From the IMG/VR virus record IMGVR_UViG_3300025009_000092: a DNA stretch of 20,000 nucleotides; one strand, given 5' to 3'. Source of the DNA: an uncultured virus (IMG/VR IMGVR_UViG_3300025009_000092). Taxonomy: Duplodnaviria; Heunggongvirae; Uroviricota; Caudoviricetes. The position numbers and the translations under genes are program-made. Positions within the stretch are counted from its first letter, which is position 1. Each line of letters opens with the position of its first letter. Under the pieces are notes generated by a model. The model did no database searches. It saw nothing but the letters and a program-made list of their open reading frames with translations, and was not told the DNA's origin. Below are positions 8,156 through 15,746 of this stretch, in pieces.

Positions 8156-9093
8156 TTGATATCATCAAACTATACCGAGACTTCAATATTGAATATCGGG
8201 ATCATGGGCACAAGCATTGCCGCGCTGGTTGGGTGCAGATTGAGTGTCCACTATGTAATGGTAATGCGGGCTTCCATCTCGGTTATTGTATTGATTCTCG
8301 GAGTAAGTTTGCCGGCGCTTTTGTCTGCTGGCGTTGTGGTGGTCACCAATCGGCCAAAGTCCTGAAAGAAATCCTGCAGAAACCCATCACGCAAATTAAA
8401 GAGATACTTCGCCAGTACCGCCTTTCAGGCGGGTCCGGCCCATCTATAGACGCCCAGATTAAACTCATCAAGTCCAGCTTCAAGTACCCCTCTGGTACCG
8501 GCCCTCTGCAAGAACATCATCGGAAATATCTCCAGAAACGCAAATTTGACCCAGATTATATTGAAAAGGAATGGGGGATTCTTGGGACCGGACCTATTTC
8601 CTCCCTATCAATTGGAAGAGGGAAAGAACAGAAAATCATTGATTACAGTAACCGGATCATCATACCAATTGAATGGGATGATAAAGTAGTTTCTTTCCAG
8701 GGCAGACATATTACCGAACGACACAAAATGAAATACCTGGCCTGCCCGGAGGAACGGGAAATCATCAATCTCAAGACAATCTGTTATGGCCGGTCAGATG
8801 GGAAGCGAGCGGTTATTGTCGAGGGGGTGACGGATGTCTGGCGGTTGGGATTTGGTGCTTTGTCTTTATTTGGCATAAAATATACCCTGGCACAAGTGAA
8901 ATTATTGAGTAAGTTTGAAATGCTTTTTATACTTTTTGATCCAGAAGATCAGGCCCAGGAGCAGGCCAGAAAACTGGAAGCAGCGTTAAATTTTCGTGGA
9001 GTCAAAACCAAGATTCTGGATGGATTTAGAACAGATCCAGGCAAGATGAAGCAGGTAGATGCTAATCATTTGATGGAGGATTTGGGATTATGA
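8152..9093 (+). CDS. DNA primase (Zn-binding domain plus TOPRIM)
   Basis: CPLC...CWRC zinc motif, RIIIPI...VVSFQGR, VIVEGVTD, LFD.E; start at ATG 8152 (ATGA coupling). Confidence 0.88.
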   Translation: MIDIIKLYRDFNIEYRDHGHKHCRAGWVQIECPLCNGNAGFHLGYCIDSRSKFAGAFVCWRCGGHQSAKVLKEILQKPITQIKEILRQYRLSGGSGPSIDAQIKLIKSSFKYPSGTGPLQEHHRKYLQKRKFDPDYIEKEWGILGTGPISSLSIGRGKEQKIIDYSNRIIIPIEWDDKVVSFQGRHITERHKMKYLACPEEREIINLKTICYGRSDGKRAVIVEGVTDVWRLGFGALSLFGIKYTLAQVKLLSKFEMLFILFDPEDQAQEQARKLEAALNFRGVKTKILDGFRTDPGKMKQVDANHLMEDLGL

Positions 9094-9302
9094 CTGACCA
9101 GATTGAAGAAAAACAGGAATCCAAAACGAGGGAGAAATGGACAATATCATCTTATTATGGCGGCAAGAAGGTTACGGTTTTGAAGTGCGATCACGGTTAT
9201 GAAGAGGCGAAAAAGTACGCCGACCGGATTTATTTGGATCAGATATCCTATGAAAAGACAATGGCCGGGACATCGCCAAATAACCTTAACCAGTTCATTT
9301 AA
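9090..9302 (+). CDS. Hypothetical protein (70 aa)
   Basis: ATGA overlap with the primase stop; GGAGG upstream. Confidence 0.65.
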   Translation: MTDQIEEKQESKTREKWTISSYYGGKKVTVLKCDHGYEEAKKYADRIYLDQISYEKTMAGTSPNNLNQFI

Positions 9303-9377
9303 TAGGAGAATATAAAAATTTAAATTAACCAAAAATAAAGATTTAAATTTTTATATAATTAAATTATATTATCCTAT

Positions 9378-9480
9378 TAAGAAGGTCGCGCTTCTTATTC
9401 GGTTTGAATTGTTGATCCCCCTGGATTATGAGTAGGTAACCGACCTGCGCGACCTCATTTTCCAGGGGGATTTTTCATTT
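9378..9480 (+). promoter_or_regulatory. Structured leader / putative attenuator upstream of the replication initiator
   Basis: Hairpin TAAGAAG-GTCGCG-CTTCTTA; long hairpin ATCCCCCTGGA (9415-9425)/TCCAGGGGGAT (9461-9471) followed by a T-tract; cross-pairings AGGTCGCGC/GCGCGACCT and TCGGTT/AACCGA. Confidence 0.65.
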
Positions 9481-9494
9481 ATGGAGATTTGCGG

Positions 9495-10409
9495 ATGGAA
9501 GTTTTTGATCAAGATAAACCGAAAAGAAAAGTAAAGGGTATTTGGATTCCTATTGAAATTTGGGAGTGTAAAATCTTAACTCTGCAGCAAAAAGTATTCC
9601 TCGCCGAAATAGATAGTCTTGATCATGGGAATGGTTGTTATGCTAAGAATAAATGGTTCTCTAAACAATTTGGAATTTCTCAAGATCGAGCATCAAGGGT
9701 AATTGGAAGTTTGATTGATCTTGGATTGGTTTCTTCAAAACTTATTTATAAAACCAATTCAAAAGAAGTCGAAAAAAGATTGTTAAAAATGATTGCCCCC
9801 CTCCCGGTAGAAATACCTATAGGCCCCGGTGAAAGTACCGATACCCCCCCCGGTAAAAACACCGAGGATATAATATATAAAAAAGATAATATAGATAATA
9901 AAAGAATATATGGCAATGTTCCTGCGGAACAATTGCCGAATGATTCTAATGATAGAAGTCTTAAAGCATGGAGTGAAGTAATTTTAAATAACCCCTCCAA
10001 AATTAATTTAAATAAAACCCTCCAAAGAAAAGCAACAAAAGTTCTTTCCAGACTTAATCAACTTGGTTCCAAACCAAGAGGGTTCCGGCCAGTCCCTGAA
10101 AATTTGAAATATATAATATCCCGCCTGAAGGATGGATTTTCCGTACAGGATTGTTTCCAAGTTCTTGAAACAAAAATCCATGATCCTTGGTTTGAAGAAA
10201 ATCCAAAACTTTATAATCCAGAAACATTATTCCGCCCCAAAAACTTCGAAAAATACCTGAATGAAAAAGTACAGGACTATGAAAAGAAACAACCAGGGGT
10301 AGCCAATGGCTCAGGCATCTCCGGCAATATTGATTATTCACTCAGGCCAGGAAGAGACAAAAAAATAAAAGTCGACAAAACCAATTGGGGGAAATACGAT
10401 AATGAATGA
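9495..10409 (+). CDS. Phage replication initiator (N-terminal HTH; conserved phage replisome-organiser C-terminus)
   Basis: KGIWIP.EIW...L...K.FLAEIDSL....GCYA.N.WFS..FGIS...SRVI..L...G (wHTH); RLKDGFS..D...V...K...W......NPETLF..NFEKYLN; internal iterons; followed by a loader ATPase. Start set at ATG 9495 after GGAG. Confidence 0.88.
   Translation: MEVFDQDKPKRKVKGIWIPIEIWECKILTLQQKVFLAEIDSLDHGNGCYAKNKWFSKQFGISQDRASRVIGSLIDLGLVSSKLIYKTNSKEVEKRLLKMIAPLPVEIPIGPGESTDTPPGKNTEDIIYKKDNIDNKRIYGNVPAEQLPNDSNDRSLKAWSEVILNNPSKINLNKTLQRKATKVLSRLNQLGSKPRGFRPVPENLKYIISRLKDGFSVQDCFQVLETKIHDPWFEENPKLYNPETLFRPKNFEKYLNEKVQDYEKKQPGVANGSGISGNIDYSLRPGRDKKIKVDKTNWGKYDNE
9803..9910 (+). repeat. Putative replication origin: three iterons plus an AT-rich tract inside the initiator gene
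   Basis: CCCGGTAGAAATACC (9803-9817), CCCGGTGAAAGTACC (9825-9839), CCCGGTAAAAACACC (9849-9863), spaced 22 and 24 bp, each with a GGT-N6-ACC dyad, then an A/T-rich stretch. Confidence 0.75.
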
Positions 10410-11091
10410 TTTTGAAGATAAATTCCAAGAAGAAGTCAAAAACCAAAAATGTCAATGCGGGGATAAAGTAAGTTTCGGCTGCAACGATCAATGCCGGCTT
10501 TGCTACTATACCAATAAATTTCAATCCAAAAGTATCTTGACCCATCTTATCGATGCCGGCACCCCATCAAAAACGGCCCGTAGAGCGATGAGGATAGCCC
10601 AGGACGCAGCTGAAAAGGAATGGTCGGTCCTTCCTATCTCTATCCAAGAAAACTTCAAACAGAGCCTATTCCTATCCGGAGAAGCCAGGCAGGGGAAAAC
10701 GACCGCGGCGGTCTGCTCCATGCTCTATCATATGGAACAATACAATATGGTCAAGGAGCACCTGAATCCCAGAGCTACCTTTCTTTTTGAATCGTCTCCG
10801 CAGTTGATCCAGAATCTTCAGAAATCATTTAAACTCTCCGCCGGGGAAGAGCAGGCAATCATGGATAGATACAAGAATGTGGATTTTCTGATCTTGGATG
10901 ATTTTGGAGTGGAGAAACCAACTGAGTGGGCTTTCACGGTAATGTATTTGATTCTGACCCATCGATACGAAGAGGATAAACAAACTATTTTTACCAGTAA
11001 TTTCAATATTGACCAGATTGCTAAACGCTATGGAGATGAGCGATTGACCCGCAGGATCATGGATTGGTGTAATATTTTTGAATTGGCGTAA
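10402..11091 (+). CDS. DnaC/IstB-like helicase loader ATPase
   Basis: LFLSGEARQGKT (Walker A), FLILDDFGVE (Walker B), RY...K.TIFTSN, DERLTRRI. Confidence 0.9.
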   Translation: MNDFEDKFQEEVKNQKCQCGDKVSFGCNDQCRLCYYTNKFQSKSILTHLIDAGTPSKTARRAMRIAQDAAEKEWSVLPISIQENFKQSLFLSGEARQGKTTAAVCSMLYHMEQYNMVKEHLNPRATFLFESSPQLIQNLQKSFKLSAGEEQAIMDRYKNVDFLILDDFGVEKPTEWAFTVMYLILTHRYEEDKQTIFTSNFNIDQIAKRYGDERLTRRIMDWCNIFELA

Positions 11092-11137
11092 AATAAATCA
11101 GCAGAAAACTGATTGAAAAAGTATAATAGGATAGAAG
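11088..11137 (+). promoter_or_regulatory. Repeated phage promoter-like motif, copy 1
   Basis: GTAAAATA...AGAAAA...GAAAA-AGTATAATAGGATAGAAG; the 18-mer core is identical to 16836-16853. Confidence 0.75.
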
Positions 11138-11202
11138 AAAGATCAAAAGTAATTGAAATTAACCAATATCTGGAAATTAAATGTTTCATTTCTATCATAT
11201 AG

Positions 11203-11380
11203 ATTGGAGTGGCGAATGGGATTTTACGCGGGCTGTCTCAGCAGCTTGGCCGCGACCATTGCTCTCCGATAAACCAGGTCTGCTTGGCATCCGCCCCGAA
11301 AAGCGGGCCAGACCACGCCAACAAGATTATGGCTAGCTTCAAGCGCCGGCCAGACTGAGACTGCCCATTTGCGGCGCAAA
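11203..11380 (+). ncRNA. Unidentified structured RNA (module 1 of the non-coding block)
   Basis: Long hairpin 11203-11270 (ATTGGAG/CTCCGAT, AATGG/CCATT, CGCGG/CCGCG, GCTG/CAGC); hairpin GGTCTG/CAGACC; loop TCTCAG is complementary to CTGAGA (11355-11360); no credible ORF. Confidence 0.55.
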
Positions 11381-11466
11381 CATAAGTAGCAAGATACTAG
11401 AATATAATCTTCTGAGGAGTACTCAAAGACCCCATACCTGTAAAGGATGGGGTTGAGGCAGTGAAT

Positions 11467-11674
11467 GAGCATGGTGGCGGAATGGCAGACGCTAAACTAT
11501 GGGGTCATGCGGGATCGGAGACAGAGCCTTGCTGTAAGACAAGTCAGGTAAACACTCGGGAAGCAAGGGCGGTCCAAAAACTTGATGAAAATATTAACCA
11601 ATGTCCCACTGATGTGGTGCTGACTAACATCAAGCATATGCAAGCTGCAGGTTCAAGTCCTGCCCATGCTCGCA
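11467..11674 (+). ncRNA. tRNA-like RNA with a ~150-nt structured insert replacing the anticodon/variable arms
   Basis: Acceptor stem (G)AGCATGG/CCATGCT(C), T8-G9, class II-like D arm GCGGAATGGCAGACGC, perfect T arm GCAGG-TTCAAGT-CCTGC; no canonical anticodon arm and no encoded CCA. Confidence 0.8.
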
Positions 11675-11697
11675 ATTATTTATTTTGAGGACGAGTA

Positions 11698-11842
11698 CAA
11701 GCCAATTCAATCTAGGATAGGAGGTAGCGCCATGTAGAGCCCCTAAAAAGGGCAAGCAAGAAATCACACAGGCGATAGCCAACTAAGCAACAGATCACAA
11801 TCTGATCGGCCCAAAAAGAGCAGGCGCTCAGCAAAGGGCTTG
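11698..11842 (+). ncRNA. Unidentified multibranch structured RNA (module 3)
   Basis: CAAGCC/GGCTTG and AGCGCC/GGCGCT close three small hairpins: GCCC/GGGC, GGC-GATA-GCC and CAGAT-CACA-ATCTG. Confidence 0.5.
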
Positions 11843-11870
11843 CCCCATACCTTCCAAGGTTGGGGCTTTT
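11842..11870 (+). terminator. Probable intrinsic terminator closing the ncRNA block
   Basis: GCCCCA-T-ACCT-TCCA-AGGT-TGGGGC followed by TTTT. Confidence 0.6.
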
Positions 11871-11913
11871 GTGGTAAAAACAAAATCACTTCAAAATTCA
11901 TAAGGAGACCAAA

Positions 11914-12048
11914 GTGAAAGACGATGATTGTACCCCTCTTGATGGAATGGTATGGTGGGCAAAATGTTTTTGGTTCGTATATCTCACTTTGTCAACGACT
12001 ATTATAGTTTGTGGAATAATTTATTTAAAACAACTTATCTGGGGATAA
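11914..12048 (+). CDS. Small membrane protein (44 aa, GTG start), not in the ORF track
   Basis: TAAGGAG RBS, GTG 11914, TAA 12046-12048; hydrophobic segment CFWFVYLTLSTTIIVCGIIYL. Confidence 0.65.
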   Translation: MKDDDCTPLDGMVWWAKCFWFVYLTLSTTIIVCGIIYLKQLIWG

Positions 12049-12049
12049 A

Positions 12050-12262
12050 ATGAACGTAAATACGAATCATTTAGTGAATGTTGAATATGATGCTCCAGCA
12101 CCAGAAGGATATGATTTATTGCCAGGAGGATTGAATCGTGCTGCCCGGAGGAAATTGGGCAAAGATAATAGTGCTTATGTCAGCAAAACCTCCGGTGGAA
12201 AATTATCTCGATGGGCAGCTAAACAAAGAAAAATCAAAAATGGAATAAACAAGAAATCATGA
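12050..12262 (+). CDS. Hypothetical basic protein (70 aa)
   Basis: Coupled to neighbours on both sides; LNRAARRKL basic motif. Confidence 0.7.
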   Translation: MNVNTNHLVNVEYDAPAPEGYDLLPGGLNRAARRKLGKDNSAYVSKTSGGKLSRWAAKQRKIKNGINKKS

Positions 12263-12705
12263 AAATCTGTTCTGATAAATGCCCATTAGATGATTGTTGT
12301 GAAGGGGCTTGTTTTCATCCGGAGATGAGGATCGATGCCCCTGGTGAAATTGGAATGAATACCCCTGAACCTCCACCAATCAAAAATAATCATCCAGCCG
12401 TCTGGGATCTGGTTCAAAAGGACATGGAAGAACGGGATGAGATTGGTAAGCAGAAGTATAATACCCGGCTGCAGCCTTTCAATGGCCGAGATCCTCTGGT
12501 GGATGCATATCAGGAAGTTCTGGATTTGGCGGTATATTTGCGCCAGGCTATTTATGAGCGGGACTACCCAAAATGTATGGTTTGCGGGAAACCAGCAACA
12601 AACTTTAGCAGGGATGTTCGAGAACTCCCGCCGGATGAAAGCGGATTTAAAACTATTGTTCCGGGTTTAATAAACGCCGGTTGTAATGATCATCCTGTTG
12701 ATTAA
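12259..12705 (+). CDS. Putative all-alpha NTP pyrophosphatase (MazG-like fold) with Cys-rich termini
   Basis: Core R...G..KY.T.L...NGRD.L.DAYQE.LD..VYL.Q resembles phage nucleotide-modification-associated helical PPases; the activity is inferred. Confidence 0.55.
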   Translation: MKICSDKCPLDDCCEGACFHPEMRIDAPGEIGMNTPEPPPIKNNHPAVWDLVQKDMEERDEIGKQKYNTRLQPFNGRDPLVDAYQEVLDLAVYLRQAIYERDYPKCMVCGKPATNFSRDVRELPPDESGFKTIVPGLINAGCNDHPVD

Positions 12706-12719
12706 AAAAAGGGAAAGCC

Positions 12720-13589
12720 ATGAAAATAATCAAACCAAGCGTTCAGTTTTTCGGAACAGTACCGACAGAATACAATGCCGCCCTCAAGTTCATTGAGATG
12801 GCCGGCAGAACTTGTTATAAGTCAGAAGACAAGATCACTGAAGATAGCGCAGAAGGATTTGTTAAGAAATTGATCAAGGCTGGGCATCTGGCTATGGTTG
12901 AACATTCGAATTTTGTAGTGAAAATACGTAATGTTGAGTGCGATTGGGAATCAATAGACTTACCAAATAAATATCTCAATGGCCTTGAAGATACGGTGAC
13001 CGATTGCGCTTATGTTGGTGGTAATTTGACCGCTTGGTTCAATGCTGTAACTTTAGAAGGCTTCTCCCCAATATTTGACCCATTCTGCGAATTATATGAT
13101 GAATTATTCAACTTAGGTTTTACCGAAGGCGGCACTGATCATTGGCAACCCTGCCCTCACGACGAAATTCCCAAAGAACTCCACAGATACAGTGCCAAGA
13201 TCATCTGTGATCGCGGAGTCAGTCATGAGTTGGTGCGTCACCGACCTTGTTCTTTTGCACAAGAAAGTACTAGGTATGTGAATTACGGCGGCAAGGATAT
13301 GGAATTTATTGAGCCGGCTTACCCTAGTGAGTGGAATTTTTCTGCATACAGAGCTTTTGATAGAGTCTGTAAAGATGCAGAATACTACTACAACTTGCTA
13401 CTTGATAATGGTCTCAACCCACAACAAGCCCGAGCAGTCCTGCCTAATGCTCTTAAGACCGAGATTGTGGTTACGGCCGATGCAGCCGAGTGGTCACATA
13501 TCAGAAAGCTACGAACAGCTAAGTCGGCTCATCCTGATATGCAGCGAGTTATGAACATGATGCCTTGGGAGGAGTTTTTGAATGATTGA
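12720..13589 (+). CDS. thyX: Flavin-dependent thymidylate synthase
   Basis: AGRTCY.S, GH...EH, RGVSHELVRHR..SFAQESTRY, ARAVLPNA, LR....AHP. Confidence 0.95.
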   Translation: MKIIKPSVQFFGTVPTEYNAALKFIEMAGRTCYKSEDKITEDSAEGFVKKLIKAGHLAMVEHSNFVVKIRNVECDWESIDLPNKYLNGLEDTVTDCAYVGGNLTAWFNAVTLEGFSPIFDPFCELYDELFNLGFTEGGTDHWQPCPHDEIPKELHRYSAKIICDRGVSHELVRHRPCSFAQESTRYVNYGGKDMEFIEPAYPSEWNFSAYRAFDRVCKDAEYYYNLLLDNGLNPQQARAVLPNALKTEIVVTADAAEWSHIRKLRTAKSAHPDMQRVMNMMPWEEFLND

Positions 13590-14199
13590 TCTGAAACAGA
13601 AAGAACTAAAGGAATGGCAAGAGCGAAACTTTCCCCGCTCCCGATATGAAGCAATGACCAAGGACCAACTTATTGATATGATCCTTGCCATGCAGTTTAC
13701 CCTTGGAATGGCCGAAGAGGTTGGTGAAGTAGCGTACCATATCCTGAAAGGAATCCAGGCAATCAGGGGCGGGATTAATGGGTTCAATATTAATCAGATT
13801 GCCGATGGAGTAGTCGATTCTGGGGTATTTGGTCAGCAACTTCTTTCGCACTTTGGTGTTGATTCAGAAAAAGAAACTTCCAAGGTTATCGATGAAGTGT
13901 TGAAGCGGGATTGGAAAGAAGATCCGAGCGGGGGAAATATGGGGGTGCCAATTCAACAAATTTCAAATGATAAATTGGTCGAAGTTTGTGATAAATGCTC
14001 CAGGGCTTGTTGTTGGTATGGGGAGTTTATGTGCGATGATGCGTATGGCGCTGGGACTAAAATATTAGCCATTTCTGAATTAAAAAAACTGGAGAATGAA
14101 AATGAACATTATTGGTCGGATGAATATATGATCAAAATATTTGGTGAGCCGGCTCCGTTTGGATACAAGAAGGAAATGACCCGGCGTATTCCGGTTTGA
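13582..14199 (+). CDS. MazG-like nucleotide pyrophosphohydrolase with a C-terminal Cys-rich domain
   Basis: W..RNF...LGMAEEVGEVA...IADGVVD...V..RDW (MazG EExxE...D pattern); the tail has CDKC.RACC...MC. Confidence 0.75.
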   Translation: MIDLKQKELKEWQERNFPRSRYEAMTKDQLIDMILAMQFTLGMAEEVGEVAYHILKGIQAIRGGINGFNINQIADGVVDSGVFGQQLLSHFGVDSEKETSKVIDEVLKRDWKEDPSGGNMGVPIQQISNDKLVEVCDKCSRACCWYGEFMCDDAYGAGTKILAISELKKLENENEHYWSDEYMIKIFGEPAPFGYKKEMTRRIPV

Positions 14200-14202
14200 T
14201 TA

Positions 14203-15735
14203 ATGAGTTCCCAATTCATCGAACGCCGCATTGCCATCGGCCTCATTACCAACGACCAATACCTGCGGGAAATAGCCCCCGTATTTAATGCCGATCTCCT
14301 CAAGGATGAAGCGGCAAAAAAGATTGCCTCCTGGTGCATCCGCTATTTCAATAAGCACGGAAAAGCACCCCTGGAAGATATCGGGATCATCTTCGAATCA
14401 TATACCAGGAGGGGGAAACTCAATCAGGAAGAATCGGAGGATATTGGTAGCATCCTTGACGACCTCAGTGATGAATATCAAACCCAGGCCGAGAACAACC
14501 CGGAGGTCCTGATTGACGAAACTTTCGCATACTTCGATGAAAACAGGCTAGTTCGCCTGGCGGATGATATCAAGGCCGAGGCCCAGCGGGGGAACCTGTT
14601 AGAGGCCAATGTACTGCTTGCTACTAATAAGCAAATTCAACGGGCGGTAAATATAAACCATGACTTCTTCGCCGATGATATTACCAGGACGCAAAAAATA
14701 TTTGAAGACATCCAGGAGCCAATTGTCGAATACCCTGGTAAGCTCGGGCAACTCTGGAACCGGCATTTCGTTCGTGGAGGTTTTGTTGGATTACTCGGCC
14801 CTGAAAAAACTGGAAAAACATGGTGGCTGGCAGACATTGGATTCCAGGCCCAACGAACCGGTAAAAAAGTAGCCTTCTTTGCGGCCGGGGATATGAACCG
14901 GGAGGAAATGGAACTCCGGAAATATATCTATATGGCCAGGAAATCCAACGAACTTGAATATTGCGGGCAATTGATGATCCCGGTGGTTGATTGTTTCTGG
15001 AATCAGAATGGTCAATGTCCGGCTGGTTGCGGTGAATCGCCAATCCGGGGAGATAAACCACCGGCCTTCAAGGATCTCCAACAAGTTTATAGCGATGCTT
15101 TTGAACAATATGGAAGTGACCATACCCCATGCACCAAATGCCAGGGCAAAAAAGAATTCCTAGGTGCCCCATGGTTCAAGCTCCGAGATAAAATAGTCCC
15201 CCTGAACTGGAAAGAGGCATATAATATTGAGCGAAAATTCCAAAAACGATTTCGTGGGGCTGGTTGGAACTTTGCCGATTATCCGGCTTATACCCTCAGT
15301 CCGAAAATGATTGATAATCAATTGGCCATCTGGCACGAAGGCGGCTTTACAGCCGATGTTGTGTTGATTGATTATCCGGATATCATGGCCCCAGACCTGG
15401 AAGACCAGCGAATGGATTTCCGGCAGAAAGAGAATATGAAGTGGTTGAAGATCCGGGCGTTGGCCCATAAGTGGCATTGCCTCGTTGTTTGCCCTACACA
15501 AGCCGATGGAGCCAGTTATGGCAAGGACTGGCTGGATCTCTCCAACTACAGCGAGGATAAGCGAAAGTACAGCCATACAACGGCCTTCTTTGGTCTCAAT
15601 CAAACCGATGGGGAAGCCGAGTTGGGGCTATTCAGGATTAATCAATTAATTGTTCGAAGTGGAAAGCGAGGAAAGAAGTATGCAACTATTTGCCAGCGGC
15701 TCGAAATGGGTCGGCCATTTCTAGGATCATATTAA
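14203..15735 (+). CDS. DnaB-like (SF4) replicative helicase with a Cys-rich insert
   Basis: Helical N-terminal domain (IERRIAIGLITNDQYL), Walker A GPEKTGKT, VLIDYPD (Walker B), VVCPTQ, late Arg motif IVRSG. Confidence 0.8.
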   Translation: MSSQFIERRIAIGLITNDQYLREIAPVFNADLLKDEAAKKIASWCIRYFNKHGKAPLEDIGIIFESYTRRGKLNQEESEDIGSILDDLSDEYQTQAENNPEVLIDETFAYFDENRLVRLADDIKAEAQRGNLLEANVLLATNKQIQRAVNINHDFFADDITRTQKIFEDIQEPIVEYPGKLGQLWNRHFVRGGFVGLLGPEKTGKTWWLADIGFQAQRTGKKVAFFAAGDMNREEMELRKYIYMARKSNELEYCGQLMIPVVDCFWNQNGQCPAGCGESPIRGDKPPAFKDLQQVYSDAFEQYGSDHTPCTKCQGKKEFLGAPWFKLRDKIVPLNWKEAYNIERKFQKRFRGAGWNFADYPAYTLSPKMIDNQLAIWHEGGFTADVVLIDYPDIMAPDLEDQRMDFRQKENMKWLKIRALAHKWHCLVVCPTQADGASYGKDWLDLSNYSEDKRKYSHTTAFFGLNQTDGEAELGLFRINQLIVRSGKRGKKYATICQRLEMGRPFLGSY

Positions 15736-15746
15736 AAGGAGAGGAT

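Noticed and set aside
9803..9863. CRISPR-like repeat array
   Set aside because: Repeats are 15 bp with 7-9 bp gaps inside a CDS; they fit iterons, and no cas genes are present.
11408..11430. CTGAGGA as a third hammerhead core
   Set aside because: No correctly placed GAAA or stem III; it folds as a simple hairpin (TCTT-C-TGAG/CTCA-AAGA).
11467..11674. Canonical tRNA or tmRNA call
   Set aside because: No anticodon stem-loop, no G3:U70 alanine identity pair, no CCA and no tag frame; kept as tRNA-like only.
11224..11688. ORFs 11224..11472 (-) and 11461..11688 (+)
   Set aside because: They overlap strongly base-paired RNA elements, show no protein motifs, and the first is antisense to the operon.
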